Assembly (NCBI GenBank): GCA_951406725.2
Contig: OX597821.1
Location: 68,386,001-68,450,000, forward strand
DNA: 64,000 nucleotides
Direction of reading: 5' to 3'
DNA from: Octopus vulgaris
Taxonomy: Eukaryota
Of the stretch, positions 28,402 to 42,520 are shown in pieces. Numbering within the stretch: the first letter of the stretch is position 1; each line of letters opens with the position of its first letter. The position numbers were made by a program, and so were the translations under genes. The notes beneath the pieces are model-generated. The model did no database searches. It was not told the DNA's origin and saw only the letters and a list, made by a program, of their open reading frames with translations.

Positions 28402-28613
28402 ACACAGGGCTGCACACAGATAAACAAATTACAAGGCTTTTCTTTTGAAGGTTTAAAAAAAAAATAATAATAATAATAATAATAATAAAAATAAAAAAGA
28501 GAAGAGAGGGAGGGAGAGAAAGAGGAGGGAGGGAGAGAGAAACGAAAGAAGGAAGGATCGTTATCAGAGAAATATCAATATGAAGTGTAAGGGGAGGACA
28601 GGTGAGGTTTACC
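28399..28613 (-). mobile_element. LINE-like 3' UTR fragment (same family as 40720-41042)
   Basis: Shares GCCACACAGG.CTGCACACAGA..AACAAATTACAAGG and CAATATGAAGTGTAA.GGGAGGACAGGTGAG. Confidence 0.65.
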
Positions 28614-28614
28614 C

Positions 28615-28705
<91 letters not shown>

Positions 28706-29732
28706 GAGAGAGAGCGCGAGAGGATATAGGCGAGATCTGTCGCGAATTGACGAGCATAATGTAAATGAGCTTATCAGAGCTGGTGGCCTTGCCTTTCTGA
28801 ATCGACCGAACAGACTATTACACTGGGCCTGTACAAGTACTTAGTAGTGAATCTGGTGAAATGGAGAAGCATAGTTTTGGAGAAGATTTATACATAGTGA
28901 GTATAGTCTGGTCTTATATCCAAAATTTGTTACAAATGTGGAGGTTTTCTTCTGTGGAATGATATTTAGAGAAACACCAAGTTTAAGATGTTTATTGACT
29001 CTTCATCAGAGATCAGTTGTTCATTCTTATTTACACACAGCTTATAGCTATTCATAGTGTACGCTTGGATCAACCAGAAGCTTTGGTAGAAAATATTTGC
29101 CAAGATGAATCGCATAGCGCAACTGAACCAGAGACTTCGTAATTAAAAATGACCTTTTTCAACCATTCGGCCAATGGCAGCTCCTATGCACAAGAACAAG
29201 CATATATACATACATAGATACACATGCATACATAGATACACATGCATACATACACATACATACATACATAAACATGCACACTTGAATATAGACAATATAT
29301 GCAGAAAATGCAAAATATCCTACATCCAAGTGTATCTCTCTGATAATTCGTTGTTGCCAATTCTTACACACAATGTATGAGATCAAGCGTAGAATATAAA
29401 CTATAAAAGGTTCCAGGCTTTAACTATTGAGATACACTATATAGCTTAGCAATACGCCAATATTTGTGTGTGTATGTGTGTGTGTGTGCGTGTGTATCTT
29501 TGTGCTTGAGAGAGCGAAAGAGAGAGGGGGCGTCTGTGTCTGCGTATGTGCCTTTGAGAGCGTATTCGAGTTTGTGAATGTAGCTGTGCGATAAGAAGTT
29601 TGCTTCCCAGTCACATGGTACCAGGTTCAGTTCCCACTGCGTGACACCTTAGGCAACAGCCTTCTACTATAGGCTCGTGCTAACCAAAGACTTATAAATG
29701 GATTTGATAAACAGAAACTGAAAGAAGCCGAC

Positions 29733-29767
<35 letters not shown>

Positions 29768-29772
<5 letters not shown>

Positions 29773-31020
29773 ATAAGATCGTTATTTTAAATAGCGATCA
29801 AATCTAGTGGCAGCATAGGAAGAAAAAATAACCTTAAAGATACGTCCACCTTTCTAAAATATTAATAAATATTAAATACAGTATTAATTTACGTCGCCTG
29901 CCAAAACAGTAATAATGTTCATACTATACTGTACTCTTAGTTCCAGGTTGTATCTTTTGGTTACGTTCATATTCGTCTCCGACAAACAAGTAAAAAGGCA
30001 ATAGAAATATGTAATCTGTATAGCAAATTAAAATCTGTTTATTCTTTCCCTTATCTGTCGGTCTTTACATTTGCCTCCCCACCAACTTGCTTAGATGGGA
30101 ATGCCAATTTACTAGCCCTTTCCACTCTTACCCTCTAATTACCCCTCATTATATTGCCAAGTATATATCTACTACAATGCCCTTGTCTATTTTTCTACCT
30201 ATCTTTCACTTACCAGAATGTATTCCACTCCGCTTCTCACAGAACTGAATACTCTTTCATAAACTGAACAGTATATATCTAATACAAATGCTTTTACCCA
30301 TCTATCTTTTCGCATACCGGAATGTATTATATATTCCTCCTCTCAATATTCACACAACTTTGAAACTGCTAGCATTCATTCTCCTTCTGTAATGAATACT
30401 CCTCAATATACCGAACGTATATATCTAATACAAACTCCTTACCTCTGTATCTTCTCTCTCACAAGAGTGTATCTTTAATCCTCCTCTTAATATTTGCACA
30501 ACTTTGGATCTGCAAGCATTCATTTTCATTTTCCCTCAATATGGAGTACTACATAACAGTTTTTCCCTCTTCTCACCATGGTGTGCCACAACCATTCTTT
30601 CTGATCATGGATTTACCTAAACGAGACCCGATCTAACTGGATTTAATTGGACTCTCCCATCCTCTTGGACATAATGAACCACAACAAACATCATTGATGA
30701 GGAACATTCTTCCATTGTCTAACGTATATCTCTCCATTTAGTTGCAGAGCGAGCTTCTTAATTACTCGGCCATGCCTAATTTATTCAAATGATTATCACA
30801 CTGATGTAGCGTATATATTTAATATGGAAATTTCATATTGCATATAAAAAAATAGTTAAATACAAATACAACAGCAATTTTCCGGACACAGATAGTTTGG
30901 AACCGCTTGTAGTCCTCACTAACTTATGAGCAGGAATTTCAAGTACACAAGGGTGCCAGACTAATGTACTGGTGCTTTGTACAAACTAGCACATGGGACA
31001 GTATAGTATTAATATAACGG
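29768..31020. mobile_element. Old (TA)n-abutting element (Penelope-like?) with internal degenerate tandem units
   Basis: Begins TAAGGATA..CTAGTGGCAGCATA after (TA)n; units anchored on GTATATATCTA.TACAA at 30161, 30271, 30417. Confidence 0.4.
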
Positions 31021-31037
31021 GAAGCTTTATGAAAATA

Positions 31038-31295
31038 GACAAAAGACGAAGGCAGGTGGGAAACAAACAAACAATTGTATTAGTATGGCGCTCAGGAAAT
31101 ATAAATAAAACAAATCTTTAACGTTTCGAGCCTACGCTCTTCAACAGAAAGATACACAGAGAGAAAAAAAACAGAAAGAAGGAGAGAAAAAAAATGCGTG
31201 CAGTAACTAACGAATCAACATGGCGATCTGATTTCGGCCAGAGGTCAAAGATCAAACATGAGACGCGAGAGCGAAATAAGGGGAGATAATACAGT
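31038..31295 (-). mobile_element. Penelope-derived short repeat with minimal hammerhead fold
   Basis: Minus strand 31153-31114: AUCUUU-CUGUUGA-A-GAGC-GUAG-GCUC-GAAA-CG-UU-AAAGAU; related copy at 34340-34520. Confidence 0.65.
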
Positions 31296-31348
31296 TGTAC
31301 TAACCTGTATTTCATGTAATAAATTAAATTTAGTATTTGTTTGATAAA

Positions 31349-32133
31349 AGGCGACGAGCTGACGGAATCGTTAGCACGCCTGTTTTTATGTTCTGAGTTC
31401 TTTATGTTCGTCTGTCTTTATGTTGAGTTCAAATCCCGCCGAGGTTGACTTTGCCATTCATCTTTTCGGGGTCAATAAAGTAAGTACCAGTTGCGTACTG
31501 CTGTCCATCTAATCGACTGCTCCCCTTCCCAAAAAATTCGGGCTTTGTGTCTAGAGTAGAAAATAATCGATAGCACGCCGGGCAAAATGCTTAGCGACAT
31601 TTCGTCCGACTTTACGTTCTGGTTCAAATACAGCTGCGGTCGCCTTTCATCCATTCGGCGTTGATAAAACGAGTTTCGGTTAACTAATGGGGTTGATGTA
31701 ATTAACTTACACCTTATCCTGAAATTTCAGGCCTTGTACCCTATAATGGCTAGGAATATTTGCTTAAGTTAGAGTGTGTTGACCGAGGTGACTACTCTTT
31801 GTTCATAAAAATCTGTAAACTGGCAAGGTTTTGGCACCTAAGTTCCGCAAAATCAATGTCGTAGTAAGGTTTGTCATCCCCATATTCTAGTGTGCTACTA
31901 ATAATTCTAGTTCTTGGATATGATGTTGGTTACAAATTTTCGCACAGGGCCAGAAATTTCAGGATATGGAGTTAAGTCGATTACCAGCGCTCAACTGGTA
32001 GTTATTTTATCAACCCCAAAGGAATCGAAGGCAAAGTTGACCTCGGCAGAATGTGAAATCAGAACGTAAAGACGGACGAAATGCCGCTAAGCATTTAGCC
32101 CGGCGTGCTAGCGATTCTGCCAGCTCGCCGCCT
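31349..32133. mobile_element. Three SINE family A copies (+, +, -)
   Basis: 31349-31560, 31565-31745 and 31930-32133. Confidence 0.8.
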
Positions 32134-32433
32134 TTGTTGGATGTAAGATTAGGCATAGTTTTGTTATGGGTGTAGCGATCTGCATGACGTTGGTGTTATA
32201 GATCACTTAAACCAAAGTTGGAGCAAGTAATGTTTTTATACTACCAAATCTATGGTGTGCAGTGCTTTTTAAAGATATTCCTAACAGGTGTTTTGATATA
32301 CTTGTTTATAAAAATGTTTACGTCCTTAGGTTAATCATAGAGGTTGAGATGGAAATAGAGAAAGGAAGATGCAACTGAATACATAGCAAGTGAGTAAGCT
32401 AGCAAGCTAAATACATAGATCGATCGATCGATT

Positions 32434-32524
<91 letters not shown>

Positions 32525-32555
32525 GGATGGATGGATGGATGGATACATGCATAGT

Positions 32556-32650
<95 letters not shown>

Positions 32651-32827
32651 GCAAGTGTGCAAATAAGTAGATGGTAATACTTATCTAGATATTTGTATAT
32701 ATACATACATACAAAACAGCTACATATCCTATATATGGATGTATATATACACACACACATACGTACGTGTGTATGTATATGTGAATATATATACATATTT
32801 GTATACATACATGCACGCTCACATATC

Positions 32828-33074
32828 TGTTACGAAGGATAAATAGTCAAAGTTAAGTTGTTAGAAAGACAAGTGGGCATAAAAATAGATTATACCCATT
32901 TATATAAATGTATGTGTGAATGTGTATGTTTGTGATTGTACGTATCTTTATAGAATAGGTAGTTATGAAGTTGGTAGAAAGATATATATATATATATCGA
33001 CGAGGAGAAAGAAAGAGATAACAAGAACGTGAAAGAGAGTGGTGAGAAAGATAGAAGCAAGCAAAAGCTGTGCC

Positions 33075-33120
<46 letters not shown>

Positions 33121-33197
33121 ATATATGTGTGTTTGATTGAGAGAGAGGGAAGTTGAGGAGACGGCGGAGACAGCTTACATATGGTAGTTACGCTACA
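32828..33197. mobile_element. Probable solo LTR (370 bp)
   Basis: TGTTACG...CGCTACA termini; flanked by 6-bp direct repeat CATATC (32822-27, 33198-203). Confidence 0.5.
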
Positions 33198-34114
33198 CAT
33201 ATCAACATTTACGTATTTCCGGTTAACTACACGAAAGTACCACTGTCTTGGCTAAGCTTTGATGTTAAATTCTTGCATTCTGCCAGTGGTTTTCTTAAGT
33301 ATTGTTTCAATCGACATATCCGCCATCTTCGTATACTGAAAATGTGTTATTCTCCAACTTATCAGCACGATTTCGTGTTCCACTCGAGGAAGAGAAAAGA
33401 AGAGGAGGTAGAAAGACCTCTCGGCAAATATGTGTGTGTATCTGTGTGTGTATGTATACATATATATATACATATATATATACAGACATACACACACACA
33501 TACAAACATACATACATACATATATATATATATATCCACATATATGTATACATATATATACATACATATATATAGGTATATATACATATATATATATATA
33601 CATACATATATATACATATATATGTATATGTATATATATATGTATATATATATCTATTTATCTATATATATATATATATGTAAGTGTATATACATATATA
33701 TATACATATATATATACACATACATCTGCACATATATACACACATACACATAAATATATATGTATGGACGTACGTATGTATGTATTAGCCACAACGTTTT
33801 TAGTTATAGATGTGTGTCTATGTAAGTATAAATATTTGTGCGTGTGTGTTAGTGTGTATGTGTGTGTGTGTTCGCGCGCGCTTATGACAAGTGAATTTCG
33901 TTAGGTATTGGCGGTTCGATTTTATATCGGAAACTGGTTCTAATTATGTCGTTCTTTAAGAAAAAAAACAATCTTAAAAGAAAGGAACAGTACTTGTTTA
34001 CAGTCTAAACTCTTAAGATCATTTGTTGAAAATGGTGCATTTGGTTTACTCTGTTCTCTGCGAAATGGGATCTGTTGCACGGTTTCCATTCCCGTCCTAT
34101 CCTGAACAAATTCA

Positions 34115-34172
<58 letters not shown>

Positions 34173-34241
34173 TATAAATGTTCTAAAATCTACACAACCT
34201 TGGTTTTTATCTCATTACGAAAAAAATTTATATATGTATGC

Positions 34242-34272
<31 letters not shown>

Positions 34273-34339
34273 TGTATGTATGTATGTATGTATGTATGTA
34301 TGTATGTATGTGTGCATGTATGTATGTATAGTGAGAATT

Positions 34340-34520
34340 TACAAAAAGGCAAAATACAAAGACGGGTGTGTAAACAACGAACAGATGTATAAGTTTACCG
34401 TTCGGGAAGTGAGAGAGTCTTTTACGTTTCAAGCCTTCGCTGTTCGAAAGAAACACAGAAATAATCAGGGAGAGAAAATAGAAAAAGGTTTAGTGGCTAG
34501 CAATCTATCGACAGGGTTTC
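34340..34520 (-). mobile_element. Diverged copy of the 31038-31295 repeat
   Basis: Shares CAAA..GAC..GGTG..AAACAA and GTCTTT.ACGTTTC.AGCCT.CGCT.TTC. Confidence 0.55.
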
Positions 34521-34669
34521 GCTGAGTTTACTCGTAACAAATTCGCTCCACAAGTTATTGCTCGACCCAAGGCTATAGCAGATACGATACTTGTCCAATT
34601 TGCTGTGCCAGGGGTTATCAAGATTGTTAATTAGTAACCAGCAATGTTTTCCTACTCACAATATAACAC

Positions 34670-34760
<91 letters not shown>

Positions 34761-37030
34761 TTATGTTTGACCGTTGCTTTGCATTTGTACAAGTTGGCTC
34801 CAAATCACACCCAGAGACCTCAAGAGACAAGTTAGAAGTTCATGTTGGTGTTATGCCTAGGGTGCCATATATTTGGTTTTGTACATAGTGTTGTTCTAGA
34901 GAATATATTAAGGAAACATAAGAAAATTATGAGTTTGTTTTAAAACTTGAGATTACATAGAGAGTATTTTACGTAGAATATGGGCAGTTCCCATGAGCAC
35001 TATCTTTTGAATTTCTGCCATTTTGGGGTTTCCTGGTATCTGAGCTAGGTAGCAATCAGGCCCTTTTGCTATAATTCCTAGGGCACCTACGACAACAGGT
35101 GTTGTTTTAGTTTTCAGGTTCCACATTTTGCTAATTTCTATTTCAAGATCTTTATACTTCCTCAGTTTCTGGTAGGTCTTGACAGATACGTTTATATCGA
35201 TTGGGACAGTCATATCAATGAAGATGCATGACTTCTGTCTGAATTCTTTCAATATGATGTCTGGCCTATTTGCATCTATCTTTCTGTCAGTTTGAATGGT
35301 GAAGTTCCAGAGGAATGAGATGTGATCATTTTCAAGCACTGGAGGCGGTTTGTGTTCCCACTAGCTTTTATCATGGGGCAGGTCCAGGCTTTTGCCAATT
35401 ACCCAGTGAATATATTGTGCAGCTCTATCATATCTGTTGAAATACTCTGTAGGCGCAAGAAGACTGCACATAAAGATATGATCAATGGTTTCATTTTGTT
35501 GTTGACATACAGGACATGTTGGGAAGCTACCATTCTTAAATATATTAGCCTGGTAGTTTCTTGTAGGTAGGCATTGATCTTGGGCTGCTATGATAAACCC
35601 TTCTGTTTCTGATTTTAAGCTAGAAGCCATTAACCATTGATAGGTAAGGACTTTGTCAACATTGGCATTATTAGCTCTCTTTGAATATTTGCCATTGAGA
35701 GGTTTGTCTTGCCATTTATCAGTAAGAATACCTAAGGCAGCAGTTTTAGCACGGGTTTTCATACATTTAGCTTTTTCTGTGCTTGTTTCTAGTATGTCTA
35801 ATTCTGGAATATGTTGTATTTGGAATTCACTTAGATATTCCTTTGCCTGATTTATTGCTGAGTAAGATGCTTTCTTGTCTTCATGTTTTGAGACAAGTTT
35901 TAACATCCGGTCCTCAGAGTTTTTCAGGTGGGTGTCTAGGCCTATTGTGGCAATCTCCATTGTTAATGCCAGTTGTAAATGTCCACGGCCTCCCTCTTTC
36001 CTTGGCAGATAAAGTCGTTCTATATCTGCCTTAGGGTGGTGCATTCCATGCATTGTCAACAATTTTTGTATTTTTCTTTCAAGTTTACATATTTCAATAA
36101 TTGACCAGTTAATGATATTGAAACTGTAAGTCACGACTGGTATGGCTAAAGTAATGATACTTCGATCCTGTTTCTTGCATTCAGCCCTGTCTTGAGTATT
36201 GCCCTTACCCTGTAATAACATTCTCTTCTGATCTTTTCCCTCGTCACTGAATGTTTGATTCCGTCCCCTTCAAATACCCCTAGGTATTTGTAGCTCTCCG
36301 CTGGTTCTAACTCCTTTGTGACATTCTGCGGGTCAAGGTTAACGTTAGATGTTTCTATCATTTTTCCTTTAAGTCTTGTAGTTGTTGGTCATTTTTTGCA
36401 AAGAGTTTTAAATCATCCATTTAAATGAGATGATTTATACTTTTATCAAACATTTTATAACCGTACTATACATCATTGAGCAATTTCGAGAAAAGTATTA
36501 AGGCTAGACAAAAGAGGAGTGGTGATAGTGAGTCACCCTGGAAAATGCCACATGGAATTCTTACATCTCCAGCATTTAGAGATTCATTGTTACTGTTCAA
36601 CCTCAGTGTGGTTCTCCATGATCTCATACTTAGACAAAACGTTTCGCAGAGTAGTGCTATTTTATACATTTCCAGACATTTCTAAATCCAGCTACGTAGT
36701 AGACTATCAAAAGCTTTTTTTATAGTCTATCCAGATTATTGACAAGCTTTTGTGTCGTTTGTGACAATCTTCCAAGACCATCTTATTGATGAGTAGCTGA
36801 TCTTTACAACCATAGGATCCACGTTTACATCATTTTTGCTCATTAAAGAATATGCCATTTTCTATTTAAAAAAAAACTATAGGGAAATTCAGTCAAGACA
36901 GATATTAGCGTTTTATACATTGTTGTTAAGCAGGTTGTGGGTCGATAACTTTTTGGTTCATTTGTTTCTTCATTTTTTGGAAGTAGAAATGTTAACCATT
37001 AACTAGTCAAGAGGGAATCATACGAGGATG
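34761..37030 (-). mobile_element. Degenerate 5'-truncated R4/Dong-like LINE (RT + CCHC + RLE) ending in (TAA)n
   Basis: GIFQGDSLSPLLFCLAL, (Y)MDDL remnant, YKYLG, HPKADIERLYLPRKEGGRG, ETEGFIIAAQDQ, CPVC..ETIDHI..C, NRPDIIL..IDMTVP..KYKDL, VVVGALG, QKIVLMGTAHILRKILSM; multiple frameshifts; (TTA)n at 34671-34760. Confidence 0.92.
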
Positions 37031-37451
37031 TTGCACTTTTCAACTTTCTAACTTAAATATAAACTCAACACTGAATAACAGAAACAATTATAAACGATCT
37101 TTACAACCACACCACCTCAAATCAAAACTTAGTAGGAGCGAACGAACGAAAACAATCGAGAAATTAAGAAAAGAAAAAACAAAATGAAATTGCCCTTATA
37201 AGATTACAAAAAAATTATTTAAAAACAGTTGAAAGTATTCTTTATCTACTCCGGAGGCTCCCTAAAAGTTCTGTGAAATCTGACCAAAAGATTTTTTAAA
37301 ATCAGTTTAAAAGATACCGTTAAAATTGGTAAAGCTGCTCTTTTATACGATTATATGAGTTTAAAAAATGTTAAGTTTTATTCCTAGAGTGCAGTCATAT
37401 TGGAGTGAACACCAGTTAATAGGCCCATCAATTCCGTATAATCAACATCTA

Positions 37452-37653
37452 TTCTTTTATTCTTTTACTTGTTTCAGTCATTTGACTGCGACCATGCTGG
37501 AGCACCGCCTTTAGTCGAACGAGTCGATCCCAGGACTTATTCTTTGTAAGCCTAGTGCTTAGTCTATCGATAACTTTTTTGCCGAAGCGCTAAGTTACGG
37601 AGGCGTAAACACAACAGTATCGGTTGTCAAGCAATGTTGGGGGGACAAACACA

Positions 37654-37730
<77 letters not shown>

Positions 37731-37893
37731 GACGGGCTTCTTTCAGTTTCCGTCTACCAAATCCACTCACAAAGGTTTGATCGGCCTGAGGCTATAGTTG
37801 AACACATTTACCCAAGGTGCCATGCAGGGGGACTGAACCCAGAACCATGCGGTTGGTGAGCAAGCTACTTACCACACAGTCACTCCTGCGCCT
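37452..37893 (-). mobile_element. SINE family B, full length
   Basis: Reverse-complement match from head to tail. Confidence 0.88.
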
Positions 37894-38032
37894 GTTTCTA
37901 TTTTCAACTTAATTTGATGCTGATATCCAGTTAAAAACAATTCACACCTTCCGTTTTGCTCCGAGAATGTAAGGATGGATAGATGGAAGGACGGACAAAC
38001 GCACAATCGGACGGACAAATAAATAGACAGAC

Positions 38033-38109
<77 letters not shown>

Positions 38110-38399
38110 CTTTGAGATGATCAAAATCATAAGTTGCTGTACTAAAATATTTTGTTATGCTGCTGCCATCTGGTGGAACAACACTTAAGTCGAGAGAAAC
38201 AGAGAACCCTCCAAGCAGTTAATCGTCCTGCTTAAAATACTACCCAATTTTTCTCAAACAGCGCGATACTGCCATCTTAAAAGAAGATACATATTTGATG
38301 AACAACAGATGTCTTGATCGTGGTTTGAATATCGTTAATTATTAGTTTGCCCGATCCAGACAGACCTGGAGATAGTCGGCAACAACAACAACAGCAGCA

Positions 38400-38885
38400 A
38401 TAGCCCAGTGGTTAGGGCTGCGGACTCGCGGTTTTTAAGAACGCGGTTTCGATTCCCAGACCGGGCATTGTAAGCGATTATTGAGCAAAACACCTAAGCT
38501 CCATGAGGCTCCGCCGGGGAGGAGTGGTTAACCCCGCTGTACTCTTTCACCACAATTTTCTCTCACTCTTTCTTCCTACTTCTGTCACAAAGCAGAGGAA
38601 CCATGGTGTAACCCACTATGGTGTGGTAAACTTTCAGACCCTAGTCTAGATTGCGAATCCTCTGTATCCCTGGAAGGTTCGGCTCTCCACCCGTTGAAAG
38701 CCACCGTTTACGGAATGAGGATAACGACGTAGCTTTCGCACCCGTGCAACCGCCAGTCTATCGCGTGTGGTGGGTGGATCTTCAAGTCGTCATACGCATT
38801 CTTAGTGGCTTAGAGTAGGCTCGAATTAGAGATTATTCTTTGTGGCTAATGGTGTGAGTCCTGATTGAAAGAAGAAGAAGAAGAA
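38400..38885 (+). mobile_element. SINE family D, long-tail copy with (GAA)n end
   Basis: Collinear with the reverse complement of 5997-6450. Confidence 0.85.
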
Positions 38886-39228
38886 AACAACAACAACAAC
38901 AACAAAAACCTATGTGTTGTGGTTTCCCTCAACATCAACTCGCTATTAGTCTCAGAGAGCCCAACAAAGGTCACGACAGGTGACATTCTACCTCCCAATA
39001 ACCCATAAAAGTCCAAAACAGTGTAAAAGGTATTCAACAAAGAATCTTCTACGCCTGATCTGAAAGACGTTTCATGGAAATTTCTGGAAAAGTTGTAGTA
39101 AAGCCATTAAAGTGAACATAAAGCGAATCATGTTCATAATTGGTTTGATCCGAATTTCTGTAAGTGGGGAGAGTGGCGGGTTTACTACAGAGCGGTATGT
39201 AAATAAAGCTTGCAATAAAGTTTCAATT

Positions 39229-39602
39229 AATAATGATGATGGCGACGACGATGACAACAGCGACGAAACTGATGATGACAACGACAACGACGATCACGTT
39301 GGTGATAATGACGATAATGGTGATGACGATGGTGATGATGACAATGACGGTGATGACGACGACAACGACGATCACGTTAGTGATAATGGCAACGTCGACA
39401 ATAATGGTGATGATGATGGTGATGACGACAATGACGACGATTATGGTGACAGTGACGATAACGATGACGATGATGATGATGCTGACGAGAACGACGACGG
39501 CGATAACGACGACAATAATAACGATGATAATGCTGACGACGATAACAATGATGACAATGATGACGATGATGATTATGATGCTGAATGATAACGACGACAA
39601 CG
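39229..39602. repeat. Degenerate (GAY/AAY)n trinucleotide tract
   Basis: Directly visible. Confidence 0.9.
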
Positions 39603-40281
39603 ATTTCTTTATTGTTACTACAGCAGCTCCACAGCTCTCCTTTACCAATCTAAGTTGCTTCTAAGAGTATATTATTTTTAGGTTTAGAAAATAATACTCT
39701 GAGTCTACGAAGTAAAAAAAAAAAACAGAAAGATTTTAGTTTCCTTTTGAAGTCTGAGACATTCGGAGTTCTGTTAGCTAATGGCAATGATTTCTATATT
39801 TTTAGACCATTCTCTATTCTACCCTGTAAATTCTTTATATATATTTCTTAACCATTCCTATTCTTTAATAACTTATTTCACAATTTCGTGTACATATGTG
39901 ACTACAACTGAGTCCACGTATGTATGTATGCACCCATGGATGTAAGTATGTAGGTAGGTAGATAGATTTAGAGAGGTACGGAGATAGATAAGTGTGTGTG
40001 TTTGTTTATGTGTGTGCGTATTTGTGTGTGTGTGCACGCATGTGTGTATGTGTGCGCGTGTGTATGTGTGTGTGAGTAAATGTCGATAGATTTTTGTATG
40101 TGTGCATTTATTTATGTCTGTTATTATTTGAAATTCTTCCGATAAAAGGGTTGGTTTTTAGCATTTGCATGGATGTATTCATGTGTGTGTGTATACACAT
40201 GCATACATACATACACGCGCGTGCGCGCACATACATATACATATATATAAACACATATGTGTGTGTTTGTGCGTGTGTGTG

Positions 40282-40327
<46 letters not shown>

Positions 40328-40530
40328 AATGTATACACAACTGTGAGTGTGTTTAAGTGAATTGTAGCATGCAACAGTAATACATATGACAGAATACTCT
40401 TGTTTTATACAGGTGTATAAAAGTGAGTGAGTGTATATGTATAAATAGTACGTCGATGCCGGTATTCGTATTTGCAGGCATTTGCGTATGTGCGTATATA
40501 TATGCATTTTTTTAAAGCGAAGTATGTGTG

Positions 40531-40564
<34 letters not shown>

Positions 40565-40622
40565 TGTATGTATGTATGTATGTATGTATGTATGTATGTA
40601 TGTATGTATGTATGTATGTATT

Positions 40623-40692
<70 letters not shown>

Positions 40693-40719
40693 CGGATAGA
40701 TTGATAGATAGATAGATAT

Positions 40720-41042
40720 GTTTCTTTATTAGCCACACAGGACTGCACACAGACAGAACAAATTACAAGGTAGAGCTTTTCTTTTGGGGGTAAAAAAAAA
40801 GGGGGTTGGTTTTCGATCAAAAGGGATCGTAAAAGGAAAGAAATAGGACGAAAAATGGGAGGATTTAAAATAAAAAAGAAAAAAAGGGGGAGAAAAGGGG
40901 AGAGGAAAAAAAGTGGATCAATAGGGATCGTAATCACAGAAATGTCAATATGAAGTGTAAAGGGAGGACAGGTGAGATTTACCCGTGGAAAGAAAAGCCT
41001 ACGGAAAAGACCACGGTAACCTCGGTCAATGAAGTCACATGT
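40720..41042 (-). mobile_element. LINE-like 3' UTR (possibly L1/Tx1 type) ending ..GTGTGGCTAATAAAGAAA
   Basis: T-rich UTR on the minus strand with terminal AATAAA; second copy at 28399. Confidence 0.6.
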
Positions 41043-41171
41043 TATATTTCTTTTTTTTTTTTTTTGCAAATAAGCAACTCTCTGTATTAATTTTTACGGT
41101 TCATAGAATCATAGTCAAGGTGGCTTCGTCATTCATACGTGCCATCATTGCTACATTCACCCATCTTTTTT

Positions 41172-41253
<82 letters not shown>

Positions 41254-41398
41254 TGCATGTATGTATGCATGTATGTATAGATATGCATGTATGTATGTAT
41301 ATTGGCATAAACACACTCATACATATATACATGTATATGTATGTGTATATGTTTTAACTTACACACACACACATATATATATACATATATAAGTAAAA

Positions 41399-41435
<37 letters not shown>

Positions 41436-41751
41436 GTATGTATAGTTGTATAGTTCATGACTGGTGCAGGTGTGTATGTGTCTGTACATATACTTGCATG
41501 TATATATGCATATACACATGCACATAAATGACAGTATGTTTATGTATCTATGCATAGTCGCAATATAACGTGCGTGTACAGATACACTTATATGCACACG
41601 CAGATGAATCTGTAAATGTATATGCGTTTGAATGAGTGCGGCAGCTTCTAAGTACGGGTACGTGTTCAGTCGGCTTTTGAGAAAGCGAGACTCCGAAATG
41701 TCACATAAAAGATGGATCACATTTATAATAGTAGTAATAATAATAATAATG

Positions 41752-41836
<85 letters not shown>

Positions 41837-42168
41837 CAACAACAACAACAACAACAAGAATAATAATAATGAGAATGAGAAGGAGGCTGGGTGAAGTGGA
41901 GGGGGTGAAGAGGAAGATAAACTTTCCTAAAACAGGCCGATCTCTCAAGCGAGACGACTACACTGGTTCACCACTGGAATGCACTGTTACGGTTATTAAA
42001 CCTGATCTTCCGAACTCTCCGGCATTGTGTGCGCATGTGTGTATGTGTATATGTGTGTATGTATGTATGCATGTTTGTATGTATGTATGTATGTATGTAT
42101 GTTTGTGTGTATGTATGTACATAAACATCTCTATCTATGTCCATCTATTTCTTGCTCTTTATTTATTT

Positions 42169-42205
<37 letters not shown>

Positions 42206-42249
42206 TTAAACTTTTATCTTTCACCTGTTTCTGTCAATAGATTGCGCCC

Positions 42250-42520
42250 ATCGCTCAGTGTTTAGAGCTTCGGACTCACGATCATGAGGTAGTGAGTTCA
42301 ATTTCCGTACTGGGCTGTCTGTTGTGTGCTTGCGCAAGATACTTTATTTCGCGTTGCTCCAGTTTGTTCACTCATCTGTAGAAATGAGTTGCGATGTCAC
42401 TGGTGCCAAACTGTATCGGCCTTTACCTTTTTCTTGGATAATATCTGTGGAATGTAGAGGGGAGGATGTTATACATGGGTGACTGCAGGTCTTCTATAAA
42501 CAACCAAGGTCTAATACTCT
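42250..42520 (+). mobile_element. Diverged CORE-like SINE (family C related)
   Basis: tRNA-like head, TTGTGTGCTTGCGCAAGATACTTTATTTC core. Confidence 0.6.

Noticed and set aside
39112-39588. 158-aa Asp-rich ORF with hydrophobic N-terminus (acidic biomineral protein-like)
   Set aside because: Non-ATG start and several frames open; explained by a degenerate GAT/GAC microsatellite with no splice or expression evidence
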